DNA of 64,000 bases from a virus (IMGVR_UViG_2843291059_000004:1-64000), one strand, 5' to 3'; numbered from the stretch's first letter, positions 29,501 through 38,125 are shown. Notes: generated by a model not told the origin, from the letters alone. A program made the numbers and translations.

Positions 29501-31024
29501 TTACTTTCTGGTGCAGACACCGACCTCTTTCCAGACATTCTGGTTCAAATTCACTTCAAACATGATTTTCTTCTTTTCGCCAAAACGGTTCTTGTCGATG
29601 TTTCCAATGTAATACCGCTTATCTGGATTCAGCCGATGGGCACAGTCACCGCCCCACTCAGGGTCATGAGAAATGTATTGATACTTCACAAACTTATCTT
29701 TTGGAATCTCCTTGAATAGAACCATCGTCCAAGCAACATGCTTAATCATTTTTGACTCAGCAATGTTGTTTGAATTCAGCTCATCAGGAAGATACTCATG
29801 GGCATTTTCAGCCAACTGGATGCTACCGTAGATAAAGATCTTCAGATTTTTCGCAATCTCTTCAAGCTCGGTGGCCGTGACCTTGAACGCTGCCCATTCA
29901 CCAATAGATGCAATGTCGTTCTTTAGAGTATCGTAGAACACATACTTAACTCCCTGAGTGAGAGCTGCTTTCTGAATTTCAAATCGCAGGGACTTATCAC
30001 TGTAATCGGCAGAGACATCCTTTGCGATAATCAAACCCTGTGATTCATTCTCGATCCACTGGCAAACATCGAGAACATTGCGATACTCTTCGCTCTCCTC
30101 GTAGACACGAGCAGTGAACTCATCAATGCTTTCTATGTACTCTCCATCCTCATTTTGTTTTCGGAAGATGAAGTTCCCGTTTACATCACGGTACATTCCA
30201 AGTGTGATTTCTCGTTCATCCTTATGAAAACGATGGCCATGCAGCTCTTGAAACTCAGGATTATTGATAGCAGTGACCAGTAAGCAGTACCGGACGGATT
30301 CAAGATCCATCTCGTTTAGCAGCAGAAGTGCCTTTTGCTTCTGAACCAATGTGACGTATGCAACAATCGCCATCATGTATCTAGTCTTGCCAGCGTTAGA
30401 TGGCATACCATTGAACATCACAGTGCCCAGCTTCAATCCTCGGAACAAATCATTCATGATAGGATACTGGAACGGCAAGCCCATATCAGGAACACTCAGA
30501 CGTTCATTAACCATTGGCAGCAGACCATTATTTAAGATCTCAGCATCATCGTTTGTGATGATAACCGTATTGATCTTGTCGGCCTTGCCACGAATCAATT
30601 TGTAAATGTCCTGAGCACCAAACATTTCAAACTGTCGATGCTTCAAAATTCCTTCAATGTTAAATCCGTTTCTCTGATATTCACGAAGTAGCGAATATTT
30701 TTTCAGGATATTGAAGTATCCCTTGATGTCATCGTCATTTGCAAGGCTCATGTAGTATTCAATGGTTGACCAGCCCTTCAGCCGCTTGTATTGGGACAAT
30801 CTGGACTCATCTTCAGCCATAAACGTTAAAACAGATGTTTTATTGAATTCTTGAGTCCGAGTTTCGTAAATAATTAACGCTGCATCGTAGAAAAATTTTG
30901 TTGCTTCATCGGCAAAATCGTACTTGCTCTTGACATAATGCCCATACTCGACCAAATAGTCAGGATGCTTGTAAATTGCGCCGACAAATAGAATTTCGTT
31001 CGGGATATTTGAAATGAGTTCCAC
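29501..31024 (-). CDS. DnaB-like replicative helicase (YorI-like)
   Basis: GMPSNAGKT Walker A, NEM, YVFYD, IQL, DKNRFG. Confidence 0.88.
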   Translation of the reverse strand: MELISNIPNEILFVGAIYKHPDYLVEYGHYVKSKYDFADEATKFFYDAALIIYETRTQEFNKTSVLTFMAEDESRLSQYKRLKGWSTIEYYMSLANDDDIKGYFNILKKYSLLREYQRNGFNIEGILKHRQFEMFGAQDIYKLIRGKADKINTVIITNDDAEILNNGLLPMVNERLSVPDMGLPFQYPIMNDLFRGLKLGTVMFNGMPSNAGKTRYMMAIVAYVTLVQKQKALLLLNEMDLESVRYCLLVTAINNPEFQELHGHRFHKDEREITLGMYRDVNGNFIFRKQNEDGEYIESIDEFTARVYEESEEYRNVLDVCQWIENESQGLIIAKDVSADYSDKSLRFEIQKAALTQGVKYVFYDTLKNDIASIGEWAAFKVTATELEEIAKNLKIFIYGSIQLAENAHEYLPDELNSNNIAESKMIKHVAWTMVLFKEIPKDKFVKYQYISHDPEWGGDCAHRLNPDKRYYIGNIDKNRFGEKKKIMFEVNLNQNVWKEVGVCTRK

Positions 31025-31045
31025 TCATCCACCTCCCTCGTGCTT

Positions 31046-31738
31046 TTATATCTCATCGAGAATTGCATTTATATCAATTTCATTCTCGTTTTTGCTCTGT
31101 TTTGGTACTGTTTTCATCCGTTTCAGTACCGTTTCCGTCAGGTTTTCCTTCGTTTTACTTTCGCATTCACTACGAATCGAAGCTTGTCTCTCTTTTTGTT
31201 CGAGATAACTCGGATATTGTGCCAGCAAAACAGCCAAGTCATAATTCCATCGTTGACTCATATCAAAACCTTTTGCTTCTTTCTCGGCAATTATTTTATC
31301 TAGTCGGGGTTTCGCTAGAACCCACATATCGTAAAGTTCTAGCGGAGGAATCGAACCTCTATATTTGTAATAATTCCCGGAAATCAACTGCGTAAGTTTC
31401 GAGTAGAAGCTACCCGGAACAACCGCCGGGGCGTATGTATCTCGAATATGGTCGAAAAGAATCTTTTTTTCTTCCTGTTTGATATGTGCAAGCTCACGAT
31501 TGTGGTCTTGTTCTCTCTTTTTGGAAAGAAGATCATCGACCTTTTTATCCGTAGCGGGTTTTGCTTTGTCAAAAAATGCCCTTAGCAGGTCATCTGTCCA
31601 AGGGCGTTTTTGATTTTTCTTTTTTTCTACAAAACAATCTTTATGGCAAAAGCCCGTCTTGTCGTAGAAAAACGTGCTACGGTCTCGCTCGATGAAAATA
31701 TTCTTCCCGCAAATCTTGCATTTACGGGTTAGTTCCAT
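31046..31738 (-). CDS. Zn-finger replication protein (YorH-like)
   Basis: CKICG...HKDC; position between ATPase and helicase. Confidence 0.65.
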   Translation of the reverse strand: MELTRKCKICGKNIFIERDRSTFFYDKTGFCHKDCFVEKKKNQKRPWTDDLLRAFFDKAKPATDKKVDDLLSKKREQDHNRELAHIKQEEKKILFDHIRDTYAPAVVPGSFYSKLTQLISGNYYKYRGSIPPLELYDMWVLAKPRLDKIIAEKEAKGFDMSQRWNYDLAVLLAQYPSYLEQKERQASIRSECESKTKENLTETVLKRMKTVPKQSKNENEIDINAILDEI

Positions 31739-32886
31739 TAAGCCAGTTCCTTCTCCATGACTGCGGCAACCTTCTTCAGTTCCTCAATATCAGTCATAGA
31801 ACGGAATGCGGTAGACAGGCCAGCCGCCTTAACAGCCTTCTGTGCGGCACTCTTCTTCATAGGAGAAGCGGAAGCAATCAGGTCATTCAGCTTTGCCTTG
31901 ATGTCATCCATAGAAGGCTCTTTACTATCGGAACTCTTATCTGCCGGAACATCATCCGGCTCATCGTTTTCGATACCAAGGTCACGCATACTCAGCTTAA
32001 CCTCAGTCTTAACAGCATCGTTTAAGCCGTTTTTGATGACGTTCTCCCGATTCTTTGCGCTACTAGAAATAATATCCTGATACTCAAGCAGGGTCAGATC
32101 CTCAACGACCTCACCGCCCTTATGCATACCGGTACGATCCTTATCGAAGAAAGCGAGCTGCTGACCATCCTGAAAATACAGGCGGAACTCAGTATCAACG
32201 TTGTACTCCTGACCAGCAAACCCATCAGGAATCTTACGACCAGTAGGCTCACTTACGATAGAACCATTCACAACCTTAGTATGCTTCTCGTCCTTCTCTC
32301 GGCAAACAACGATGTAGTTCACACCAGATGCATTCAGATCCAAAATCAGAGACTGACCCTTGAAGTTCAGAGTATTGAAATCCTTGAGCTCCATGCCAGC
32401 ACCCTCAATCTTAACTGCCTTTTCATCACCGGTCAGACCCTGAGATGCAGCCTTAACCTTGGCACGCTTCTGCGAGAAGGCGGTGAGGCCCTGGGTAGCA
32501 GTCATCTTGAGGATGGAAGCGGAGTCAACAACCAGAGCGTCTGCACGGAACGGCTTGCCATCTGCATCCAGATAAACATCTCCATTCTCATCCTCAATAT
32601 CCTCATCGTTGGTAACCATCTTGATATAATCCTGAACCTCTGCTAGAGACTGTGTGTAAACAATCAGCAGATTATCAGGATTCACACCATTGGCTTCCAG
32701 CTCCTCGGTGTAATTATCAATAGAACCATTCTCGGTATCCAAATACAGAACACGGAACGGCTTACCGTCTGCATTTTTCAAATAGCACAGCTGCATAGCA
32801 GTACGAGACTTACCAGTTCCCTGTTCGCCATAAATCAGCATATGAAGCTTCTTACGAACAGCAGATGCCTTACGAATCATAGCCAT
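31738..32886 (-). CDS. AAA_24/Sak4-like P-loop ATPase (YorG-like)
   Basis: IYGEQGTGKS, LYLDTENG, LVVDS, KDRTG. Confidence 0.82.
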   Translation of the reverse strand: MAMIRKASAVRKKLHMLIYGEQGTGKSRTAMQLCYLKNADGKPFRVLYLDTENGSIDNYTEELEANGVNPDNLLIVYTQSLAEVQDYIKMVTNDEDIEDENGDVYLDADGKPFRADALVVDSASILKMTATQGLTAFSQKRAKVKAASQGLTGDEKAVKIEGAGMELKDFNTLNFKGQSLILDLNASGVNYIVVCREKDEKHTKVVNGSIVSEPTGRKIPDGFAGQEYNVDTEFRLYFQDGQQLAFFDKDRTGMHKGGEVVEDLTLLEYQDIISSSAKNRENVIKNGLNDAVKTEVKLSMRDLGIENDEPDDVPADKSSDSKEPSMDDIKAKLNDLIASASPMKKSAAQKAVKAAGLSTAFRSMTDIEELKKVAAVMEKELA

Positions 32887-32953
32887 ATATGTAAATTCCT
32901 CTCCAAATCTTTTCTTTTATTAGTATCCTGCGTTACTTAGCTAAGACTAAAAA

Positions 32954-34057
32954 TTACACTCCCCAGTCATCCTCTTCCTCGTCTACAGGAGTTACAGTAG
33001 ACTTGTTAGAACCACCCCACCAAGAAGTGTCGTTCTCAGCAGCCTTGCCGTCGAAGTCCTTCTTGGCCTGAACGTTGGCAACAATCTTTGCCCGTGCCTC
33101 GGAAATATTGTCCTCAGTGTAAGTGGGCTCCGCATCATTGTCACCAGGATTCGGATCAAAGGAATCAGGATTAACACCCTCAATATACAGCTTGCGAACC
33201 GCCGGGGTGCTCTGGCGCTTCATCTTGTTGGGGCCACCCCAGATATTCTCAGTCTCAACTTCCTCAACCTTCTGCTGATTAACGATGGGACCAAAACACT
33301 CGAAGCTAGTATAAGGCTTCAGACGCTTACGAATAGAATCAGCCAGGACCTTATTCTGAGCGTTTGCCTTATAATCAATGAAGAACTCTGCATCCTCGAT
33401 GGTGTTATAGTTTACGATCTTCGCATCGACAACTACTTCATCACCCTCATCGCTCTTGCGGCAACCAGTGTACACAATGGTCTGAGTGAACAGAGCCAGT
33501 TCCTCAAAACCCTCTGCATCGAAGTCGATTTCCTTAGAACTCAGCGACACCTGAGTAGGAACAAAACGAATCTGGTGCTTACCATTGTAAGTGCTGTACT
33601 CAATGTTACCACGGACATACACATTATCGCCGTCATGCAGGTTCTCAGAAATCTCTTTAGCTGCATCGAAGTCAGTCAGAGTCTTGTTATCGTTGACAAC
33701 CTTGCCGGACTCATTCGTCTTCTTGGTAACACCGACCTTAACGCCAATCATGTCATAGCCTTCCGGTGCAACATAGGTCATGCGATCCTTCCAAGCGACT
33801 TCCTTCTTGTCCTTCTCAATGCCCTTGTCCTTATCGGCACGTCGGAAGAAGTAAACCTTGTCACGAGGCATACCAGCCAGATCAATATAGAAAGTGTTCT
33901 CGTTAGAGGTCTGAACGCCAAAGCTCAAGACACGGCGCATAGCACCACTCTTTGTCTCCTTCTCATTATAGAAGTTGCTACGCTGAGTGCCGGTGACCTT
34001 ACCAGCCATCTCAAAAGAGCCACGGGTCTGAGGAAGATTAAAAATTCTATCTGCCAT
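32954..34057 (-). CDS. Putative ssDNA-binding protein (YorF-like)
   Basis: OB-like GDNVYVRGNIEY, acidic C-tail EEEDDWGV, synteny. Confidence 0.65.
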   Translation of the reverse strand: MADRIFNLPQTRGSFEMAGKVTGTQRSNFYNEKETKSGAMRRVLSFGVQTSNENTFYIDLAGMPRDKVYFFRRADKDKGIEKDKKEVAWKDRMTYVAPEGYDMIGVKVGVTKKTNESGKVVNDNKTLTDFDAAKEISENLHDGDNVYVRGNIEYSTYNGKHQIRFVPTQVSLSSKEIDFDAEGFEELALFTQTIVYTGCRKSDEGDEVVVDAKIVNYNTIEDAEFFIDYKANAQNKVLADSIRKRLKPYTSFECFGPIVNQQKVEEVETENIWGGPNKMKRQSTPAVRKLYIEGVNPDSFDPNPGDNDAEPTYTEDNISEARAKIVANVQAKKDFDGKAAENDTSWWGGSNKSTVTPVDEEEDDWGV

Positions 34058-34202
34058 ATCAAGTCTCCTTTATGTAATTTTGTTTCATTAACAATCACTT
34101 ATGTTTCTTTATGCTGTCTTAAATCAATTCATGCACTATTCATTCTATGTATTATCCTCCGTCTGGCTTATTGATGGCTTATATTTCATACGGCTTTTAC
34201 CG

Positions 34203-34415
34203 TTAGAAATCGTCCTTTAAGGGATTATGTAAAAACATCGCGCCGAGCACTACCGGGAGCCGTTCTGAACATTCAGGACACAGATCAAAACTCAAAAGCG
34301 AACCATCAAGTTGGCTACCGTAAGAGTATTGATGTTCAAAACTGATTCCCTGCTCGCTGCCTATCGGCTTGATTTCACGACCACACCAGTTACATATTTT
34401 CTTACATGTGTTCAT
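34203..34415 (-). CDS. Small Zn-finger protein
   Basis: CNWCG...DLCPEC. Confidence 0.7.
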   Translation of the reverse strand: MNTCKKICNWCGREIKPIGSEQGISFEHQYSYGSQLDGSLLSFDLCPECSERLPVVLGAMFLHNPLKDDF

Positions 34416-34431
34416 ACGGCATCACCCCATT

Positions 34432-34710
34432 TTAATATTCCCTATCACGGAACATCTTAGATTGAGCACGAGTCAATCTGTTGTTCCGACCATGCTTAGG
34501 TCTAAATGCAGACTGCAGTTTGTTATTTGCATATTCGAGATCGCTCTCCAGAATCTTCGCAGCTTCTTCAATATAATCCCGAATTACACAATACTGGTCA
34601 TTGTTGATGCAGTGCGTCTTTAGATAATCAAGCATATCGACGGCCTGATTTTTCAAAAGAAGCGTATCTTCAAGCTGAGTCTTGCGCCGTCGGAAGAAAT
34701 CTATATTCAA
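34432..34710 (-). CDS. Hypothetical protein
   Basis: GGAGG RBS, TTG start. Confidence 0.65.
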   Translation of the reverse strand: MNIDFFRRRKTQLEDTLLLKNQAVDMLDYLKTHCINNDQYCVIRDYIEEAAKILESDLEYANNKLQSAFRPKHGRNNRLTRAQSKMFRDREY

Positions 34711-34913
34711 GTGAACACCTCCTCCTTCTTTTCAGTGAACCTACTCCAATCCATCTTGCGATGACAATCAGAACATTCACGCTCGAACTTCTCCAGCTTC
34801 GTCACACAAAACGGACAAAAATATGTATTCTTTTCCTGTTGGAAGATAGGACTTGCCGGAATACTCAAAGAACCGGGGTCGATGGTTGCATTGATAGAAA
34901 TTTTGCTGTTCAT
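34707..34913 (-). CDS. Small Zn-ribbon protein
   Basis: CPFC...CSDC..KMDW. Confidence 0.65.
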   Translation of the reverse strand: MNSKISINATIDPGSLSIPASPIFQQEKNTYFCPFCVTKLEKFERECSDCHRKMDWSRFTEKKEEVFT

Positions 34914-34941
34914 CGTGTCACCTCTTATTTGAATTAGCCTT

Positions 34942-35487
34942 TTATGAAATTTTCTTATCAAGCTTCCGCAGTTCTAACTTACTTGGAAGAAAATTTCTAC
35001 AGAAGTATGCACTTCCAAACGACACTCCCTCGACAGGACTGTCTGTGTGTTCAGGGTCCATAAATCCGATTCGAGAATCAAAACACAACATCTGTACATC
35101 ATTTTTAAAAATGTCAAATCGTGTTTTCCCCTGAATACTATTTGCAGGAAGCAGTAGAGCAAACGGTTTTTCAAGTTCATATGCTCTACGCAGCACATCA
35201 TCCTTCTTACTAAAAGGAGGATTCGAAATCATAACATCCCAACGTTCTGGTTCATATGTAAAGAAATCTTGCCCATTATCGATATGGCTACACTCTACTT
35301 TGTACCCAGCATTTCTAAACACCTGCACAAAAGCAGACCATTCTTTATCAAACGGACACCAAATCACTGCTTTACTCGATGGGGGGGCAAATTCAAGCAA
35401 TGGAACAACTGCGTAAACCGGAGTGTATCGCTCGTCGCCTGCCGTAGATCGGTCAGATGTAAGATATCCTTTGTTTTCTGGCATCAA
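34942..35487 (-). CDS. Small phage N6-adenine (amino) methyltransferase
   Basis: DERYTP, IWCPFD, GQDFF, ISNPPFS. Confidence 0.82.
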   Translation of the reverse strand: MMPENKGYLTSDRSTAGDERYTPVYAVVPLLEFAPPSSKAVIWCPFDKEWSAFVQVFRNAGYKVECSHIDNGQDFFTYEPERWDVMISNPPFSKKDDVLRRAYELEKPFALLLPANSIQGKTRFDIFKNDVQMLCFDSRIGFMDPEHTDSPVEGVSFGSAYFCRNFLPSKLELRKLDKKIS

Positions 35488-35496
35488 TATCTCCTT

Positions 35497-37041
35497 TTAA
35501 TTTTCTGGGAATCTTTTCTTTGTAACTGCGATGCAAAAACTATCCACTTCGCTCGCCCAGATAGCAGTACCATCACCATACGTACTTTCAAAGACAAGCG
35601 GAAAGCCACCAATTCCATCGAAAAGACTGCCAAGCGTAGCACCGTCACCAAGATATGGTTTCATTTTCTGTGCAATCCAGAACCACTGAGGAAGTGCAAT
35701 CGAATTACCGAGAGCCTTATACCGAGGAGAATCGGCGGGTTTATGCTTCTTCCCATTCTCGTCAGTCCATTCCCCAATATCAGTCCATCCATCAGGAAAA
35801 CCCTGTAGCCGTTCGCATTCAACAGGAGTCAAACGGCGAACAATCCAATTGAGAACACACGCAGTTGTCCATCCTGGTCTTGTGCCATTACAAAGTGTAG
35901 TCGCACATTCATCATAACAACGAGTGTTTTCTGGTCTAAATCCAAGTGGAAATCCAGCACATTTCACCTCTTTCTCTTCAACTACAAGATCAGTTGCATC
36001 TTTATAATCACGAGATTTCATTGTGCTGGCCTGTTCGCTTTCCTTATATTCACCAATACGTTGCATAGCAAAGGCTTTCTTTTCAGCGACAAGCGGCATA
36101 TTATTACCACCAGTACCCCATTGAGCTGTACAAGCTGGGCTTGTATTACCTTGCTGAGTGTATCGAGCATCCTGACTATGGCTTTCAAATACCGCTGTGG
36201 AAATATTTTGTTTTAAATTATGTAATTGGATAACACCGTTTCTTCCTGCTGATGTGCCGCAATTAACTCCAAGAGTCGAAGAAATACATCCCGTCAAACA
36301 AGAATTGTATCCATCAAATCCATTATCTGCCAAGCAAATTAAGGTTTGATCCTGTAGCGTTGATAGCATTGCACTCTTTTCGGTCTGTACCAGAGCACCC
36401 TTTCCGCCACCTTCGCATCCTGAACGGATTTTTAAAGTGTATGCTCTTTCATTCTCCACCACTCGATCATTTCCAGAAGCGCATTCTTCAGGAGGTCGGG
36501 CAATGCCTTTCCACGCCGAGATGCTCTGTTCAGGATTCCCTGGCACGCCCGTGCGCTCAAATAATATTTCTGCGGCACGTTGCCCTCTAAGATCCATGAC
36601 AAGCGCGATTCTCTCTCGACGCTGGGGTAAGCCCCAACCACAAGCATTGAACAATCTCCACGCGATAGACCATCCATTACCGGAAATTGCGCCAGATTTT
36701 GACCATTTTCCGTCTTTCCCAGAAGGTCGAGGAATTGAAACTTCTGGCTCTGAAAGGTGAGCAAATTCTTCCAAGACGCACCGGAAGTCTTCTCCCTTAT
36801 TTGAGCTAAATGCTCCTTTGACATTCTCCCAGATAACAAATTTTGGATATTCTCCATTTGTAGCCTCCATCATTTCTCGAATCACACGAATCATTTCCAT
36901 AAACAGACCAGACCGACCTCCTGCGAGACCGGCTCTTTTACCGGCAATTGAAAGGTCTTGGCAGGGCGAACCTCCAGTGATACAATCAACAGGTTCAATC
37001 TGGTCACCATGGAGTTGTGTGATATCTCCGTAATGTTTCAG
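35497..37041 (-). CDS. Circularly permuted DNA cytosine-C5 methyltransferase (CTG start, 514 aa)
   Basis: Frame extends 47 codons upstream of ORF-track start: KHYGDI, GGSPCQDLS (IV), ENVKG (VI), QRRER (VIII), RRLTPVECERLQGFPD (IX), GNSI (X), then SLFDGIGG (I) and WASEVD (II) at C-terminus; AAGGAGG 8 nt before CTG. Confidence 0.9.
   Translation of the reverse strand: MKHYGDITQLHGDQIEPVDCITGGSPCQDLSIAGKRAGLAGGRSGLFMEMIRVIREMMEATNGEYPKFVIWENVKGAFSSNKGEDFRCVLEEFAHLSEPEVSIPRPSGKDGKWSKSGAISGNGWSIAWRLFNACGWGLPQRRERIALVMDLRGQRAAEILFERTGVPGNPEQSISAWKGIARPPEECASGNDRVVENERAYTLKIRSGCEGGGKGALVQTEKSAMLSTLQDQTLICLADNGFDGYNSCLTGCISSTLGVNCGTSAGRNGVIQLHNLKQNISTAVFESHSQDARYTQQGNTSPACTAQWGTGGNNMPLVAEKKAFAMQRIGEYKESEQASTMKSRDYKDATDLVVEEKEVKCAGFPLGFRPENTRCYDECATTLCNGTRPGWTTACVLNWIVRRLTPVECERLQGFPDGWTDIGEWTDENGKKHKPADSPRYKALGNSIALPQWFWIAQKMKPYLGDGATLGSLFDGIGGFPLVFESTYGDGTAIWASEVDSFCIAVTKKRFPEN
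36432..36857 (-). CDS. Alternative-frame protein nested in the C5-MTase gene (M.EcoHK31I beta-like)
   Basis: GGAGG RBS; YPSVERESRLSWILE..VPQKYYLSARACQGILNRASRRGK.LP. Confidence 0.6.
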   Translation of the reverse strand: MENIQNLLSGRMSKEHLAQIREKTSGASWKNLLTFQSQKFQFLDLLGKTENGQNLAQFPVMDGLSRGDCSMLVVGAYPSVERESRLSWILEGNVPQKYYLSARACQGILNRASRRGKALPDLLKNALLEMIEWWRMKEHTL

Positions 37042-37183
37042 TTCCCATTCCTCCTTTTAGTATCCTGTATTATATAGCTAAAACTTTAAAAATGAGCGAA
37101 AAATAATAGACGTATCAACGCCATATTATTCATTCGCTTATAAAACAAAATTTCTAGCGGATTTTATGTATACCCTATCGGGC

Positions 37184-37260
37184 TGGTGGGACAGGAGAGA
37201 TTTGAACTCCCGACCAAGCGGTTATGAGCCGCCAGCTCTGACCAACTGAGCTACTATCCC
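37184..37260 (-). tRNA. tRNA-Ile2/Met (CAT)
   Basis: Cloverleaf, GGCGG-CTCATAA-CCGCT, encoded CCA; resembles Ile2 rather than fMet. Confidence 0.92.
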
Positions 37261-37299
37261 ATATTACCAGTTAAACAGCTGCAACTATTCAACTGGGCA

Positions 37300-37352
37300 C
37301 CTTCCTTATAAAACACTATTGCATCTATATCATATAGACGAGGAAGGAATAA
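37300..37352 (-). ncRNA. Unrecognised structured RNA motif copy 3
   Basis: TTATT-CCTTCCT-C-hairpin-GCAATAGTGTTTTATA-AGGAAGG. Confidence 0.55.
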
Positions 37353-37390
37353 CAGCGATGCACATTTCCTATATCTCGCCCCTTTTGGGG

Positions 37391-37449
37391 TGGTATTTCG
37401 CACAGGCGCAGCCGGGACTGACCGCTTAAAATCCCTACCCGTACGAAAT
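37391..37449 (-). ncRNA. CCA-tailed tRNA-like hairpin (59 nt)
   Basis: 13-bp terminal stem plus ACCA, abuts tRNA-Gly 3' end. Confidence 0.5.
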
Positions 37450-37524
37450 TGGAGCAGCGAAAGGTAGTCGAAACCTCATCCTCAGCTTGGAAGGCTGATA
37501 TACTAGCCGTTGTACGACCGCTGC
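37450..37524 (-). tRNA. tRNA-Gly (TCC)
   Basis: TCAGC-CTTCCAA-GCTGA, TTCGA T-loop, TCCA end. Confidence 0.92.
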
Positions 37525-37531
37525 ATGAGAA

Positions 37532-37579
37532 CCCAGCTTACAAAGCACTACTGCACCATCACTGGCGAGCTGGGAATAA
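37532..37579 (-). ncRNA. Unrecognised structured RNA motif copy 1
   Basis: TTATT-CCCAGCT-C-hairpin-GCAGTAGTGCTTTGTA-AGCTGGG. Confidence 0.55.
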
Positions 37580-37625
37580 TAGTGGTCAAAGGAGTTCAAC
37601 CATGAACAACAACGATTCATGACCG

Positions 37626-37707
37626 TGGTGCGGATAGTGGGCATCGAACCCACACGCCGAAGCACCAGATCCTAAATCTGGCGTGTCTGCCATTCCACCA
37701 TATCCGC
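37626..37707 (-). tRNA. tRNA-Leu (TAG)
   Basis: CCAGA-TTTAGGA-TCTGG, long variable arm, ACCA. Confidence 0.93.
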
Positions 37708-37712
37708 ATAAA

Positions 37713-37783
37713 TTGCGCCAACAGGGGTCGAACCTGTGATGGAGGAGTCAAAGTCCTCTGCCTTACCGCTTGGCGATGGCGCA
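37713..37783 (-). tRNA. tRNA-Gln (TTG)
   Basis: GAGGA-CTTTGAC-TCCTC; CCA not encoded. Confidence 0.9.
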
Positions 37784-37790
37784 TCATCTA

Positions 37791-37838
37791 CCCAGCTTGC
37801 TACACCACACTGCTCTGTTTCCAGAGAGCCGGGAATAA
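37791..37838 (-). ncRNA. Unrecognised structured RNA motif copy 2
   Basis: TTATT-CCCGGCT-C-hairpin-GCAGTGTGGTGTAGCA-AGCTGGG. Confidence 0.55.
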
Positions 37839-37871
37839 TGTGAATGAAAAATTCTACATGCCCTTTCGGGC

Positions 37872-37947
37872 TGGTCCGAGTGACAGGTCATGATCCTGCG
37901 GCCTCATGCTCCCAAAGCACGCGCTCTTCCAACTGAGCTACACCCGG
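37872..37947 (-). tRNA. tRNA-Pro (TGG)
   Basis: CGTGC-TTTGGGA-GCATG, ACCA; atypical T-loop ATCATGA. Confidence 0.85.
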
Positions 37948-37954
37948 ATATAAA

Positions 37955-38038
37955 TGCCACCGACGGGATTTGAACCCGTACTCTGTTGCCAGAAAGGGAT
38001 TTTAAGTCCCTCGTGCCTGCCAATTTCACCACGGTGGC
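37955..38038 (-). tRNA. tRNA-Leu (TAA)
   Basis: AGGGA-CTTAAAA-TCCCT, long variable arm; no CCA. Confidence 0.92.
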
Positions 38039-38043
38039 TTATA

Positions 38044-38125
38044 TGCCCAAAATGGGATTCGAACCCATACGCTTTCGCAGAGTTGTTTGAGAACTCCATG
38101 TCTGCCTACATTCCATCATTTGGGC
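38044..38125 (-). tRNA. tRNA-Leu (CAA)
   Basis: GAGTT-CTCAAAC-AACTC, variable arm; no CCA. Confidence 0.88.

Noticed and set aside
10650-31024. Introns or inteins in nrdD, recD2, dnaE, helicase
   Set aside because: Lengths are normal, motifs are contiguous, and no intein termini or homing endonuclease are visible
37261-37870. HDV-like (theta) or hammerhead ribozymes beside the tRNAs
   Set aside because: I could not build the nested P1/P2/P3 pseudoknot or find a CUGANGA/GAAA core by eye; a covariance search is still warranted
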